From the IMG/VR virus record IMGVR_UViG_3300017605_000706, positions 1 through 64,000 of that record: 64,000 nt of DNA; one strand, 5' to 3'. This document shows positions 19,254-28,951 of the stretch, in pieces. A program made the translations under genes and the position numbers. Source of the stretch: a virus. The notes under the pieces are model-generated. The model searched no databases. It worked only from the letters and a program-made list of their open reading frames with translations, and was not told the origin of the DNA. How positions within the stretch are numbered: the first letter of the stretch is position 1; each line of letters starts with the position of its first letter.

Positions 19254-22027
19254 CGAAGCCCGCGGAGCTTCGCGGTCCCGGCCCAGAAGCTGCCAACTGC
19301 GACGACTGTCCGCTTGCGAGAGGCAAGCACCGAGCTGTCCGTGGCGAAGGCTGCAGTAAGCCTCGCATGATCGTCATAGCGGAAGGCCCGGGATCGACCG
19401 AGATCTCACTCGGCCGTCCTCTTGTCGGCGAGTCGGGGAAGCTTCTCATGCGCGCGATGCTTTCGCAAGGCGTCAAGCGCGAAGAGGTCTGGCTCGGTAA
19501 CGCGACCCTTTGCCCGCCCGGCAACAACGACGACGCGTCTGTGCGCCGTCTTGCAGCTTATCACTGTAAGAACAGACTAGCCGCTGAGCTGGCGCAATTC
19601 GTCGACGAAGATACAGGCGCAGCTCCGGCGATCTTGGCTCTGGGCGGTGTCGCAGCCAACGCGTTACTCAACCCGAACAACGAGCCGAAGAAAGACGTCA
19701 CGATCTCGAAGATCGCTTCGACGCTTCATAACGTCAACCCGACGGGGCTCGCCGACCAGCACATGATCGCGCAGATCCACCCCGCGGCGATCTTGCGGGG
19801 TGGCGGCGGCTCAGGCGCACATGACGCGTCGCTGATCTACTGGAACCTGCAGTCCGACATCAAGAAAGTGGCGGGCCTGTCCGACGGGTCCATACAGCCG
19901 TTCAGCGCAGACGTTATCGTAGCCAACAACGATCAGGAAGGCGAAGACGCCTGGGCCAAGATCGAGATCTCGATCCGTCGCCACAAGCGGATCGCAGTAG
20001 ATACGGAGACACGTTCGTGGAACGATAAGCGCTGGTCTGCGCTTCAGCCGCTGCGCGTTCACATGCACGCGCTCGGGATCGCGACGGTTGATATGGGTAT
20101 CTCGTTCGACACCGAAGCGATGCTGCCCGCCGAGATTTTGTGCCTAGAAGATCATACGGCACGGATCGTCGCGCTGCGCGCGTACATCCAAGAGCATCCC
20201 GTGTTCCGGCGAATCGCTAAAGTCCTGGCGGACCCGGCGATCGTCAAGATCTATCACAACCGTCTGTACGATATTCCAGTCCTCGAGAACCACGGCTTCC
20301 GTCTGGAAGGCGCGCAGCACTGTACTGTTCTATTGCACCACGTAGCGTACCCCGGCGCTGCCCACAACCTACAAGCGGTCGTCGCGCAGCAGTTCCCGGT
20401 GAAGCCGTGGAAGAGCGAGTTCCGTAACGGTGTCGCCGAGAAGGGCGAGACACGGGCTGACCTGCTGGACTATAACGCCAAAGATACTTTGGGCACCGCG
20501 CGCGTCTTTCACCCGCTGTTCGTGCACGTCAAGCAGTGTAACGCCGAACGCGCGTACAAGTTCGATCTGCGTATGGCTGCGGCTGCCGATGAGATGCACC
20601 GTACAGGCATCCCCGTCGATCGCGACGAGAATGAGGCGCTCAAGACGCAGTTTGATCGCGTTCTACAGGAGTCGGAGGCTAGCCTCAACGAGATCTTCGA
20701 AGCCAATCGCGAGCCGATCCTCGAAGACATCGCGCGTGAGCAAGCGAAACGCCAACGCAAGAGCGACTCAGACGACTATCTCGAGCGTATTGAGATCCGT
20801 CGCTGTGAGCTACAAAAAGAGATCGCCAAGGGCAAGTTCAAGTGGTCTGTCGACGCAAGCGACCAGTTGATTGCTCTCTTGAAAGCGCTCAAAGTCACGC
20901 TCACGAAGCGGACTGAGAAAGGCAAAGTTGCGACGGACAAAGAAGTCCTTGAGCAGCTAGGGCACATCCCACAGATACGTAACATTCTCGATTATCGTCA
21001 GTCGCAGAAGATGCTCAGCACCTTTGTCGATCCGATGTTTGATCGTCATGACGACACCGGCAAGCTGATCTCTTACGGCTACGTCGATAACGACGGACGG
21101 ATCCACCCGCGCTGGTCCATCCACAAGATCTCGTCTCGCTGGGCAAGTGAAGATCCGATCGTCTCCAACGTTCCCAAGGACGACGCCAAAAAAGGCCGTC
21201 CAAATCTACGTCAGCAGTTCAAAGCAAAGCTTGGCCGCATCCTGGTTGGCTTTGATAAAGCACAGCTCGAAGTTCGTATCATTGCGCTACTGTCCGGTGA
21301 CAAGTTCCTGCTCGAAGTCTTCCGCGACAACAAGGACATCCACACGGAGCTAGCCAAAGTCATCTGGCCTACGTTCCCGTGGCACGCCTTCGAGATTGGC
21401 AAGAAACTAGTCGCCGAATGCGGCGACGACAAGAAGAAAGCCGCAGCTAAGTACCCCTCTCATGACTGGAAGTCGTGGGCAGAGGGCAAAGTCATGCGCG
21501 ATACAACTAAGCGCAGCGAGTTCGGCACGTGGTACCGCGGCGGAATTGAGGCCATCTGGCGCAATATCATCAAAGACTATCCCAGCGTCAAGATGGCGGA
21601 CATCGCGCGCCTTGTCGCTGTCATGAAGAAGAACTGTACGGGCGTGGCTGCTTGGCATGAAGAGCTTGCCAAGCGTGTCGCGCGCGCTCCTCACGAGCTG
21701 AGATCTCACTTCCTCGAGCGCCGTCGTGTGTTCCCGCTCGGTAATGCGTCTCCCACCGAGTACAGCAACATTATCGTTCAGACGTCCGCGACCGAGCTAG
21801 TCAACATGGGCCTCGATCGCATCATGCCGAGGCTGCACAACGACTATCACGACGCGCACCCGATCATCCACATGCACGACGCGATCGTGTTTGAGTGCGA
21901 TGAGGACGACGGTGACCGGCTCTTGAGCGACGTCAACGAGTGCTTCTACGACGAACACGAATCGAACGGCGTCACGATGAAGTTCCCAATTGACGCCAAA
22001 ATCGCAAACAACTGGGCTGACCTATGA
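19208..22027 (+). CDS. polA: family A DNA polymerase with N-terminal family-4 uracil-DNA glycosylase-like domain and 3'-5' exonuclease
   Basis: CDDCPL, EGPG, G..GKLL, HPAAILR (UDG); DTET, HN..YD, YN.KD (exonuclease); DKAQLE, R..TK..EFG..Y, HD (polymerase motifs A/B/C). Confidence 0.9.
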   Translation: MYDDGDDWVSPDDLVAKPAELRGPGPEAANCDDCPLARGKHRAVRGEGCSKPRMIVIAEGPGSTEISLGRPLVGESGKLLMRAMLSQGVKREEVWLGNATLCPPGNNDDASVRRLAAYHCKNRLAAELAQFVDEDTGAAPAILALGGVAANALLNPNNEPKKDVTISKIASTLHNVNPTGLADQHMIAQIHPAAILRGGGGSGAHDASLIYWNLQSDIKKVAGLSDGSIQPFSADVIVANNDQEGEDAWAKIEISIRRHKRIAVDTETRSWNDKRWSALQPLRVHMHALGIATVDMGISFDTEAMLPAEILCLEDHTARIVALRAYIQEHPVFRRIAKVLADPAIVKIYHNRLYDIPVLENHGFRLEGAQHCTVLLHHVAYPGAAHNLQAVVAQQFPVKPWKSEFRNGVAEKGETRADLLDYNAKDTLGTARVFHPLFVHVKQCNAERAYKFDLRMAAAADEMHRTGIPVDRDENEALKTQFDRVLQESEASLNEIFEANREPILEDIAREQAKRQRKSDSDDYLERIEIRRCELQKEIAKGKFKWSVDASDQLIALLKALKVTLTKRTEKGKVATDKEVLEQLGHIPQIRNILDYRQSQKMLSTFVDPMFDRHDDTGKLISYGYVDNDGRIHPRWSIHKISSRWASEDPIVSNVPKDDAKKGRPNLRQQFKAKLGRILVGFDKAQLEVRIIALLSGDKFLLEVFRDNKDIHTELAKVIWPTFPWHAFEIGKKLVAECGDDKKKAAAKYPSHDWKSWAEGKVMRDTTKRSEFGTWYRGGIEAIWRNIIKDYPSVKMADIARLVAVMKKNCTGVAAWHEELAKRVARAPHELRSHFLERRRVFPLGNASPTEYSNIIVQTSATELVNMGLDRIMPRLHNDYHDAHPIIHMHDAIVFECDEDDGDRLLSDVNECFYDEHESNGVTMKFPIDAKIANNWADL

Positions 22028-22193
22028 AAACTGCGCTTGTCGTCTCTCTCCTCCTAATGCCATGGGGATACCCACCGCCAAAGACGAGTACGCAGGATCA
22101 GATCGAGAGCCTCAAGAAGCGCGTGTCTGATCTCGAGATATCCGTCTACACGCTAGCTGTCTGCTGCCCGCAGTTGCAGGAGTGCCCTGACAA

Positions 22194-22832
22194 ATGACAG
22201 TATTTCCGATGGCTTGCATCGAGGGCTGCGATGGCGCGGGGAAGACAACCCTCGTCAACGCTGTCGTACAGTACCTGCACGACCTCGGCTACGACACGTT
22301 CAAGGTCTCGTTCCCGAGTCGTCTGACGGTCTCAGGTCAGTTCATTAGGCGGCAGCTGGAAGCAGGCGCACCGCTCTCGCCGGGCGCGGCCTACCACTTC
22401 CTGGCGGACATGGCCGACCTGGCGCCCGAGATCGCTGCGCGACAGCGCCATGGCGTGGTCGTCACGGACCGGTACACGCTCTCGACTCTTGTCTACCAAG
22501 GAATCAAGGCGGACCTGATCGACTCTACCAAGATCATGGTACCCGATCTGATGGTCTATTGCAAGGCGCCGATTGAGCAGTTGATCGCCGTCGCGCAAGA
22601 GCGCCGCAGCGCGAAGCGCCTCGAGACGTTTGATACTCTGGATCAGAAGATCATAGAAGAACGCGTCTTGTTATACGAACTCTACCTAAGCTTGATGAAG
22701 ACATCGGTGCTTGTTGCAGACATGCGTAAGCCTGTGAATGACTTGGCGGTTGAAGTAGGCCGTGCTATTATTGATCTGTGTCCAGTAGACAAGTCACGGT
22801 CCACCTCGAATCTTCGGGTCGTACCTTCCTGA
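22194..22832 (+). CDS. tmk: thymidylate kinase-like
   Basis: IEGCDGAGKTT, FP, DRY..STLVYQG, PDL. Confidence 0.85.
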   Translation: MTVFPMACIEGCDGAGKTTLVNAVVQYLHDLGYDTFKVSFPSRLTVSGQFIRRQLEAGAPLSPGAAYHFLADMADLAPEIAARQRHGVVVTDRYTLSTLVYQGIKADLIDSTKIMVPDLMVYCKAPIEQLIAVAQERRSAKRLETFDTLDQKIIEERVLLYELYLSLMKTSVLVADMRKPVNDLAVEVGRAIIDLCPVDKSRSTSNLRVVPS

Positions 22833-23189
22833 TTCGTGGCTGTGGGCAGCCCTTTGCTGATTACCGTGATCGTAACAACAAGCGTCTCTTCGTCTGGCTT
22901 CCTGAGCGACGGGGTTGGCGCGTTACTCGTCCGCTGTTCACTGCGTTCGTGCGCCATACGAAGTGCGACAACGACAATTGGAACTTCACGTCATACGCCA
23001 TGGCTGCCCTCATCGAAGATAGCCTCCCCGAAGAAGCGCTTTTCGCGTCCTGTGCGGTCCTCGGTGTTCGCACCGATGCGTTACCGTGCGTAGTACACGC
23101 GGCGTATCGCGCTCTTCGTGGTGGCGAGCACGATCAGATGTATCGCAACGCGTATTTACAGATCTGCGCGGCAAGGGACATAGAACCGG

Positions 23190-24029
23190 ATGAGACCTCC
23201 ACTTCGTTGGCCTGGCGGGAAGAAAAAGCTAGTCCCTAAGCTCGTAAGCGGCATGCCCGCGGACACGACGCGATACATCGAACCCATGTGCGGCGGAGCG
23301 GCACTGTTCTTCGCTCTTGACCGCGCGCAATCTGCGGTGCTGTGCGACCTTAACAATGACCTCATCAACGCGTATCGAATCATCCGGGATCGACCGAAAG
23401 AGCTGATCACCGAGCTGAAGTGGCATGAGGCCGCTCACACGACACGCGGCAAAAAGCACTATTACAGCGTCGTCAGCCAGTTCAACGGCATGGCGCTTAG
23501 CTCTACGACACGAGCGGCGCAACTCGTCTACCTGAACAAGACGTGTTTCAATGGCGTTTGGCGGGTCAACAAGTCGGGCGCGTTCAATACCCCAATGGGG
23601 CGCACAGCATCGGGGAAGCCTCCTGTCATCTGCGACGAGTCGGCGATCTTGGCTGCTTCTCGCGTCCTCGCAGGGACTGAACTTCACGCGATCGACGTCC
23701 TCGAGAAGCTAGAAGCGCGGCTAACGTTTGGCCCAGGCGACTTCGTGTACTTCGACCCACCCTACGATCCTGCGTCGAAGACGGCCAATTTCACGAGCTA
23801 CACCAAGTCTGGCTTCGGCGTCGCCCATCACGAAAAACTTGCTGCGCTAGCAGACCGCATCCGAGCTACGGGTGCGTGTGTAGTCCTGTCGCTCAGCGAC
23901 ACGCCGTTCATGCGTGAACTGTACGCAAGTTGGGAGATCGAAGCGATCCAAGCCTCGCGCTCGATTAGCTGTAAGTCTGATAGCCGCAAGCCGGCTGCTG
24001 AACTCATTGTCAGGAGTCACCGTCCTTGA
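23190..24029 (+). CDS. dam: DNA adenine methyltransferase (Dam/D12 class)
   Basis: WPGGK, EPMCG, DLN..LIN.Y, YLNKTCFNG, DPPY. Confidence 0.9.
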   Translation: MRPPLRWPGGKKKLVPKLVSGMPADTTRYIEPMCGGAALFFALDRAQSAVLCDLNNDLINAYRIIRDRPKELITELKWHEAAHTTRGKKHYYSVVSQFNGMALSSTTRAAQLVYLNKTCFNGVWRVNKSGAFNTPMGRTASGKPPVICDESAILAASRVLAGTELHAIDVLEKLEARLTFGPGDFVYFDPPYDPASKTANFTSYTKSGFGVAHHEKLAALADRIRATGACVVLSLSDTPFMRELYASWEIEAIQASRSISCKSDSRKPAAELIVRSHRP

Positions 24030-24193
24030 TCACCGTTCACGAACCGTCAAAGTGTGAATATTGCTATAAAAATAAGCCGAACGTGTATTGTGGCCGATGC
24101 CATCGCGCGTTGTGTCCGTCTTGCCACGTCGGCCTAAAATGCACCGAGAAAAAGTGCTCAGCACGCCCCGATGATTCTGGCGTTCGATAAGTC

Positions 24194-24243
24194 CTTGACA
24201 CTAGGTCAAGCCTCATGTCAACCTCTGGATCAGATCCTTGATC
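24194..24243 (+). promoter_or_regulatory. putative promoter/operator: CTTGAC-N5-GTCAAG inverted repeat and GATCA-N6-TGATC palindrome
   Basis: intergenic; contains TTGACA; upstream of an AGGAG RBS. Confidence 0.5.
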
Positions 24244-24279
24244 CCGGTACTGGGATCGTATCCAAACAGGAGACTATCC

Positions 24280-24462
24280 ATGGCTCGTCATCGTCGTACT
24301 CGTCGCCGTCGTCTTGGTGATGGTGTTCAGCTGCTCGGCCGCGCGCGCAAGGTGCGCAAGGCCAAGAAGGCCACTGCGTGCAAGACTGCCCGCGGCAAGC
24401 TCCGTAAGGGCTGGCGCTACGGTAAGGGCGGACGCTGCATCCGCGCCAAGGGCAAGCGCTAA
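24280..24462 (+). CDS. small Arg/Lys-rich protein (putative core/DNA-condensing)
   Basis: AGGAG RBS; MARHRRTRRRRLG...GKLRKGWRYGKGGRC. Confidence 0.7.
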   Translation: MARHRRTRRRRLGDGVQLLGRARKVRKAKKATACKTARGKLRKGWRYGKGGRCIRAKGKR

Positions 24463-24484
24463 GCACGAGCCCGTTCCGGGATCC

Positions 24485-24513
24485 GCGTCGGCTCGTGACG
24501 AACGAGCCGACGC
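24485..24513 (+). terminator. 12-bp hairpin downstream of the basic protein gene
   Basis: GCGTCGGCTCGT-gacga-ACGAGCCGACGC; no U-tract. Confidence 0.45.
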
Positions 24514-24542
24514 TCACGTGCCTAAAAGCCTAGGAATATCAG

Positions 24543-24794
24543 ATGCTTTTGCTTCAGCAATGGCAACAGACCGAAAATTTCGAGCCTGATAATCCGACGC
24601 AGGCGCGTTTCGAGACGTATTTCGCTCTTCCGGGGGGTCATGTATCGACCTATTGGAACGGTGAAGCTGTTACAGGCGGCACCCTCATGGGTCCCGTCGA
24701 CACCGCTGTTGACATGGTCAAGTCTAACTGGAAGATCCTCGGCGCAATCGGCCTCGTGGCCGGCGCGCTACTCGCTTACAAGCATAGCCGCTAG
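24543..24794 (+). CDS. small tail-anchored membrane protein
   Basis: C-terminal WKILGAIGLVAGALLAYKHSR. Confidence 0.6.
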   Translation: MLLLQQWQQTENFEPDNPTQARFETYFALPGGHVSTYWNGEAVTGGTLMGPVDTAVDMVKSNWKILGAIGLVAGALLAYKHSR

Positions 24795-25091
24795 GTACGC
24801 GCCTTTTGCAGCTGCGTACGCTACCTCGTCCTCGATCGCGTGGATCTCAAGAGGGACCTCATCGAATGACTTGAGGCGGTGCTGCGCAGCTAGCTCTACG
24901 ACGTAGAGCCACTCCGATCGAGGCCACCCAGACCGAATGCGGTGGCGCTTATCAGTGCCTGGCTCAAGCGCGTCTACGTTGTAGAAAACGTTCCCGGCGT
25001 AGTTGATGCGCAACGTCTTCATCAGGGCCATCGCAGCCGTTATCTGGCCGGGGCTCTCAACCAACGTCCAGTCAAGTCCGCGATAGATCAT
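24768..25091 (-). CDS. PWEIH-module family protein
   Basis: IYRG; SFDEVPLEIHAIEDEVAYAAAKGAY. Confidence 0.7.
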   Translation of the reverse strand: MIYRGLDWTLVESPGQITAAMALMKTLRINYAGNVFYNVDALEPGTDKRHRIRSGWPRSEWLYVVELAAQHRLKSFDEVPLEIHAIEDEVAYAAAKGAYLAAMLVSE

Positions 25092-25401
25092 ACGCGTCGG
25101 CCGCTGCCTTGAACGTGTCCTCGTCTTCGATCAGCATCAGTTCGATCGGGTACGCCAACTTGGCGTGTAGCTGACGATTGAAGAACACAGACTTAGCTTC
25201 AACCGTCTTTCTAAGATACTCGATCATGTACACGCTGGCCAGTACTTCGATGGGCCAAGTCATGTCCTCCGCCGTAAGCCTTGCAACGTACTTTAGCTCA
25301 CCATCGATCACTGCGTACAGCGCCGGGCCCTTCTTGGCGCCACTGCGAAACTTGTCGCCGCTATACACGGCAACTTCGATTCCTCGCCAGCTATACCCCA
25401 T
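25072..25401 (-). CDS. PWEIH-module family protein (divergent)
   Basis: SWRG; YPIELMLIEDEDTFKAAADAY. Confidence 0.6.
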   Translation of the reverse strand: MGYSWRGIEVAVYSGDKFRSGAKKGPALYAVIDGELKYVARLTAEDMTWPIEVLASVYMIEYLRKTVEAKSVFFNRQLHAKLAYPIELMLIEDEDTFKAAADAYDLSRT

Positions 25402-25860
25402 CTAAAGCGCGCTTCCGAAGTAAGCGTCAAGCGCCGCCTCGAGCGCGGTGGGATCTAAGATCATGGCGATCTCCCATGGGATACCTGAAGGCGTCACGGT
25501 TCCAGGCTCTGGCGCCCAGATCGACAAGATGAATTCGTCGAGGGTCAGCTTGGCCCAATGAGGGGTCATCGCCTGGAATGGCAGGACTGTTTCGCAGCGG
25601 AGCAGCTCACGTGCGCTATGCTTTGCGTTGGCAGGCCGCGCGTACAAGTACTCTAGTCCTATAGCTTCATCTTCATCGATACTCAAATGCCATAGCGTCC
25701 CCAGGGCCAGAAACGAGATCGTACCCAACCGAGCGTGCATGGGCCACGTAGCGCGGCGCGCCCACGTACTAGACGACTCCGCGAACAGCTCACCATCTCT
25801 ATCGCGCGAGCAGCGCATGAGCTTGCCGTACAGGGTATCGAACGGGTCACGCTTGGTCAC
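25402..25860 (-). CDS. PWEIH-module family protein
   Basis: PSGIPWEIAMILDPTALEAALDAY. Confidence 0.65.
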   Translation of the reverse strand: MTKRDPFDTLYGKLMRCSRDRDGELFAESSSTWARRATWPMHARLGTISFLALGTLWHLSIDEDEAIGLEYLYARPANAKHSARELLRCETVLPFQAMTPHWAKLTLDEFILSIWAPEPGTVTPSGIPWEIAMILDPTALEAALDAYFGSAL

Positions 25861-25866
25861 ACGCCC

Positions 25867-27753
25867 TCAGACCTGCGGCACCTTCGATTTATTCACGAGG
25901 CTGATCGCCAACCTCCACTCTGTATCGGTCAGGCCAGTCTCAAGGTTTGTCACTAGTCCCTTGGCTATCTCGTTAGATTCCGCTAGCTTAGGCAACTCTT
26001 GCGCGGCGCGGCGTTCCTTGCCGGACTTCGCTTGCCGTACCGCGGGCACGCCTAGCTTAGCGATCTCTTGGATCATAGATCCGATCATGGCCTGGCGGAC
26101 AACCGTCTCCGTTACCAGATCCGCATCAGGCGCCGTGACAGCTGCGTCTACGCTCGCTGCGATATGCTGGCGCTTCTCCGCGATCACGTCAGCGATGCGT
26201 CGCTCGAGAGGGTGATCAGCCACGAGTGTTCTGATCTGACACGCGCGCGTTTGCCCGATTCTGTGAACGCGGTCGCTCGCTTGGTCATTCTCACCGGGCG
26301 TCCAAGCCTGATCCACGAACATTAGCTCGCTCGCTCGCGTGAGTGTCAGCCCTGTTGATCCTGCGCCGATCGTCAGTGCTACCCCTCTGAGCTTTCCCTC
26401 TTGGAACGCTTCTGCGACGGCTTGCGCTTCTTTGACACGCCGACCGTTCACGTAGTAGTCACCGCCACCGAGCACAGTGCCCCAGAAGGCGCGTTTGCAC
26501 AGCACTTCGATCGGCGCTCTGTGCGCCGAGAACACGATGAGCGGCTGTTCCTCTTCCTCAGCTTCTTCAACAACAGTCAGCATCGCCGGGATCTTGCTGG
26601 CTGCTACCTGAGCGCGCACGCGCGACATGTCGTAGAAGTCCGGCATGACGCCGTCGAAACTCTCGAGATCGATCCCGCGTGCTTGCAAAACGGTCACGAC
26701 TTCGTCGAGGGCTGATAACGCCTCCATGTCGATCTCGACGAACGTGTCCGTGTAGATCTTGTCCGGCAAGTCGGTCAGTACGTCTTCTTTTCTACGGCGC
26801 AGCATGACGCGGCGCAGGCGATCAGCCACTTCAGGCTGCGCAAAACCCCACGCCGCGCCTGCGCCTTGTTCGCGGCCGTCGTGCAGCTCGAGGAAGTTCT
26901 TGTAGCTACCAAACGCTTCGTCAGCAGCGCCGATATTCTCTAGGATCGTCCACAGCTCACCAGGACGGTTCAGGAGCGGCGTACCTGTCAACGTCCAAGC
27001 GTACCCGCCACGAGACCGCGCAAGGCTGGCCAGCGCTCTCCATCGCTTGGTCCGCTTGGCCTGAAACGACTTGACGTAGTGCCCCTCGTCGGCAATGACG
27101 GTCAAGCCTTCCGGGATCGGATAGATCGACTCGTAGAGCGCAAGCTTCTCGTCGTCTACAAGGCGCTCGTAGTTCAGGATCACGACTTCGGACTTGCCGG
27201 GCCAGCGAAATGTCTTCGGGATCGTCGCCTTGAGGTCAGGGCGCCACTTGTTGATCTCAGCTCGCCACGTACCGCGGACGTTGGCAGGGCAAATCACGAT
27301 AGCGCTGCCGTAGGGCAGAGCTGCAAGTGCTTGACATGATTTACCTAATCCCATCTGGTCGGCCAGTAGCGCCGAGCTTCTCGAAGCCAGCCAACGCCCG
27401 CCCTCTCTCTGGAACGGGTACAGCGACAGACCTCGCCGGGACGCGATCTCGTCGAACCAGATGAGCCTCTTGTCGGCTTCAGTCCTGATTGCCGACGCGG
27501 TCTCTACGAAAGCCTGAACGCGCTCGGCCACGGCGCGGTCAACACGTAGCGCGACGCTCGATAGCTGCGTCAACCGCTCGAGGATCGCGACCGCCTTGTC
27601 GACGGCTACTTCATAGCGGTGCGACTCGCTGTTCCAGTGCGCGCCGTCGAGAGCGCGCCGGTACGCCTCGTACTTCGGCTTGTCCAGGTTCGAGTGCGAG
27701 ATCTGGATCAGCCCGTCGACGTACGTGACGTTTACGGAAGGGGGTCGTGACAT
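25867..27753 (-). CDS. SNF2-family (HARP/SMARCAL1-like) helicase
   Basis: YPFQ, ADQMGLGKS, DEGH, LTGTP, RRRKEDVL..LP.K, GLTL, QASDRVHRIGQ. Confidence 0.9.
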   Translation of the reverse strand: MSRPPSVNVTYVDGLIQISHSNLDKPKYEAYRRALDGAHWNSESHRYEVAVDKAVAILERLTQLSSVALRVDRAVAERVQAFVETASAIRTEADKRLIWFDEIASRRGLSLYPFQREGGRWLASRSSALLADQMGLGKSCQALAALPYGSAIVICPANVRGTWRAEINKWRPDLKATIPKTFRWPGKSEVVILNYERLVDDEKLALYESIYPIPEGLTVIADEGHYVKSFQAKRTKRWRALASLARSRGGYAWTLTGTPLLNRPGELWTILENIGAADEAFGSYKNFLELHDGREQGAGAAWGFAQPEVADRLRRVMLRRRKEDVLTDLPDKIYTDTFVEIDMEALSALDEVVTVLQARGIDLESFDGVMPDFYDMSRVRAQVAASKIPAMLTVVEEAEEEEQPLIVFSAHRAPIEVLCKRAFWGTVLGGGDYYVNGRRVKEAQAVAEAFQEGKLRGVALTIGAGSTGLTLTRASELMFVDQAWTPGENDQASDRVHRIGQTRACQIRTLVADHPLERRIADVIAEKRQHIAASVDAAVTAPDADLVTETVVRQAMIGSMIQEIAKLGVPAVRQAKSGKERRAAQELPKLAESNEIAKGLVTNLETGLTDTEWRLAISLVNKSKVPQV

Positions 27754-28100
27754 GCAGAGATGAAGGCTTGCCTAGCAGCCGCGTACGCGATCTCGTCTTC
27801 TATACGGTGGATCTCCCAGGGAACGCCGTCAACAGGGTGGCCTAGCGGCTGCCTCATCAGAAAAGCGTCGTCGTCACGCGGTATGAACATCGTCCAATCA
27901 GCTCCAGCCCAGTGCAGCAGGCCCCTCTCGACCAAGATAGGCGTGAAGCCCTCCCTCTGATCAATCTCATGAGGTGGGCAGCAATCGGTAATATACGTGT
28001 ACGAAGTGCCGTCAAAGACGAGCTTTAGGCCGATCAGATTGTAGCACTGCGCCAGCCGAATGCAACCCGCTGTCCACGGTGTTATCTGTACGATATTCAT
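27732..28100 (-). CDS. PWEIH-module family protein
   Basis: PVDGVPWEIHRIEDEIAYAAARQAF. Confidence 0.75.
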   Translation of the reverse strand: MNIVQITPWTAGCIRLAQCYNLIGLKLVFDGTSYTYITDCCPPHEIDQREGFTPILVERGLLHWAGADWTMFIPRDDDAFLMRQPLGHPVDGVPWEIHRIEDEIAYAAARQAFISACHDPLP

Positions 28101-28471
28101 AGACTTCTCAGGTAAGCTTCCCGCGCCGCCGCGTACGCAAAGCCGTCATCGATACGGTTGATCTCCCACGGAACGCCGTCTACGGAATGCTTGCCGTCGA
28201 TCACGGGGTGGAACCCGGGGTAGTAACTCACGACTTCGAGCGTGAATCTGTCAGCGCTCAACGCGTATCTCTGGTCGAAGACATACAAGCAGCCTCTGAT
28301 CCGCGTGGCCACCTCAGCGTGAACTCGGTATTCGAGGCTTAGGCGCTCTAGGAGCGCGCTGTTGTCGTTAGATCCTGTAGAGAAGCAGCGCAGCCACGCG
28401 CGTCCGTGATCACGGATCAACAGCGTGTCTGCGGAGCGCCACCCTGATATCCTTGTGGGGAACCTCGTCAT
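28097..28471 (-). CDS. PWEIH-module family protein
   Basis: SVDGVPWEINRIDDGFAYAAAREAY; ATGA coupling. Confidence 0.75.
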   Translation of the reverse strand: MTRFPTRISGWRSADTLLIRDHGRAWLRCFSTGSNDNSALLERLSLEYRVHAEVATRIRGCLYVFDQRYALSADRFTLEVVSYYPGFHPVIDGKHSVDGVPWEINRIDDGFAYAAAREAYLRSL

Positions 28472-28893
28472 GCGCACGATTCCACGAAAGCCTTGCGCGC
28501 CGCCGTGCGTGCGATCGGATCTGTGATCCCGTGAATCTCCCACGGTACGTCGTCGACTGGCCTGAACCCTTGTACGACAGATGCGTGGTCTCGCCAGATG
28601 TCGTTGACGTTTTCAAGAGGGCGCGCCATGGGCATACTTACAGCCATGACAGGGCTCCACCAGCCTTCTTCCGCTGCTGCAAGGTCTGTCGCACGGGCCG
28701 CTCGTACGGGGGAGAGGGCCCAACACGCTTGGTCGAACATGACTACGCCCCGATAGATGAGCCCAATTGGCTTGTCCGGCCTGTCTGTCCGCAGCAGCCC
28801 CGGACTCATCCACACAATCTCACACTGACGACAAAACAAGCGGTCGTCAGCCGTCCAAGACGGCCAAGTCTTTAGTCTTTCTGTCCGCATCAA
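28468..28893 (-). CDS. PWEIH-module family protein
   Basis: IYRG; PVDDVPWEIHGITDPIARTAARKAF. Confidence 0.75.
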   Translation of the reverse strand: MMRTERLKTWPSWTADDRLFCRQCEIVWMSPGLLRTDRPDKPIGLIYRGVVMFDQACWALSPVRAARATDLAAAEEGWWSPVMAVSMPMARPLENVNDIWRDHASVVQGFRPVDDVPWEIHGITDPIARTAARKAFVESCA

Positions 28894-28951
28894 CCTCTGT
28901 AGACGCCACTAGACGGCGCGTTATTCACTGTGGTAAGCTCGCGATACTCAT

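Noticed and set aside
22778-23239. An additional PWEIH family member (TDALPCVVHAAY)
   Set aside because: The match is too weak and the ORF start is uncertain
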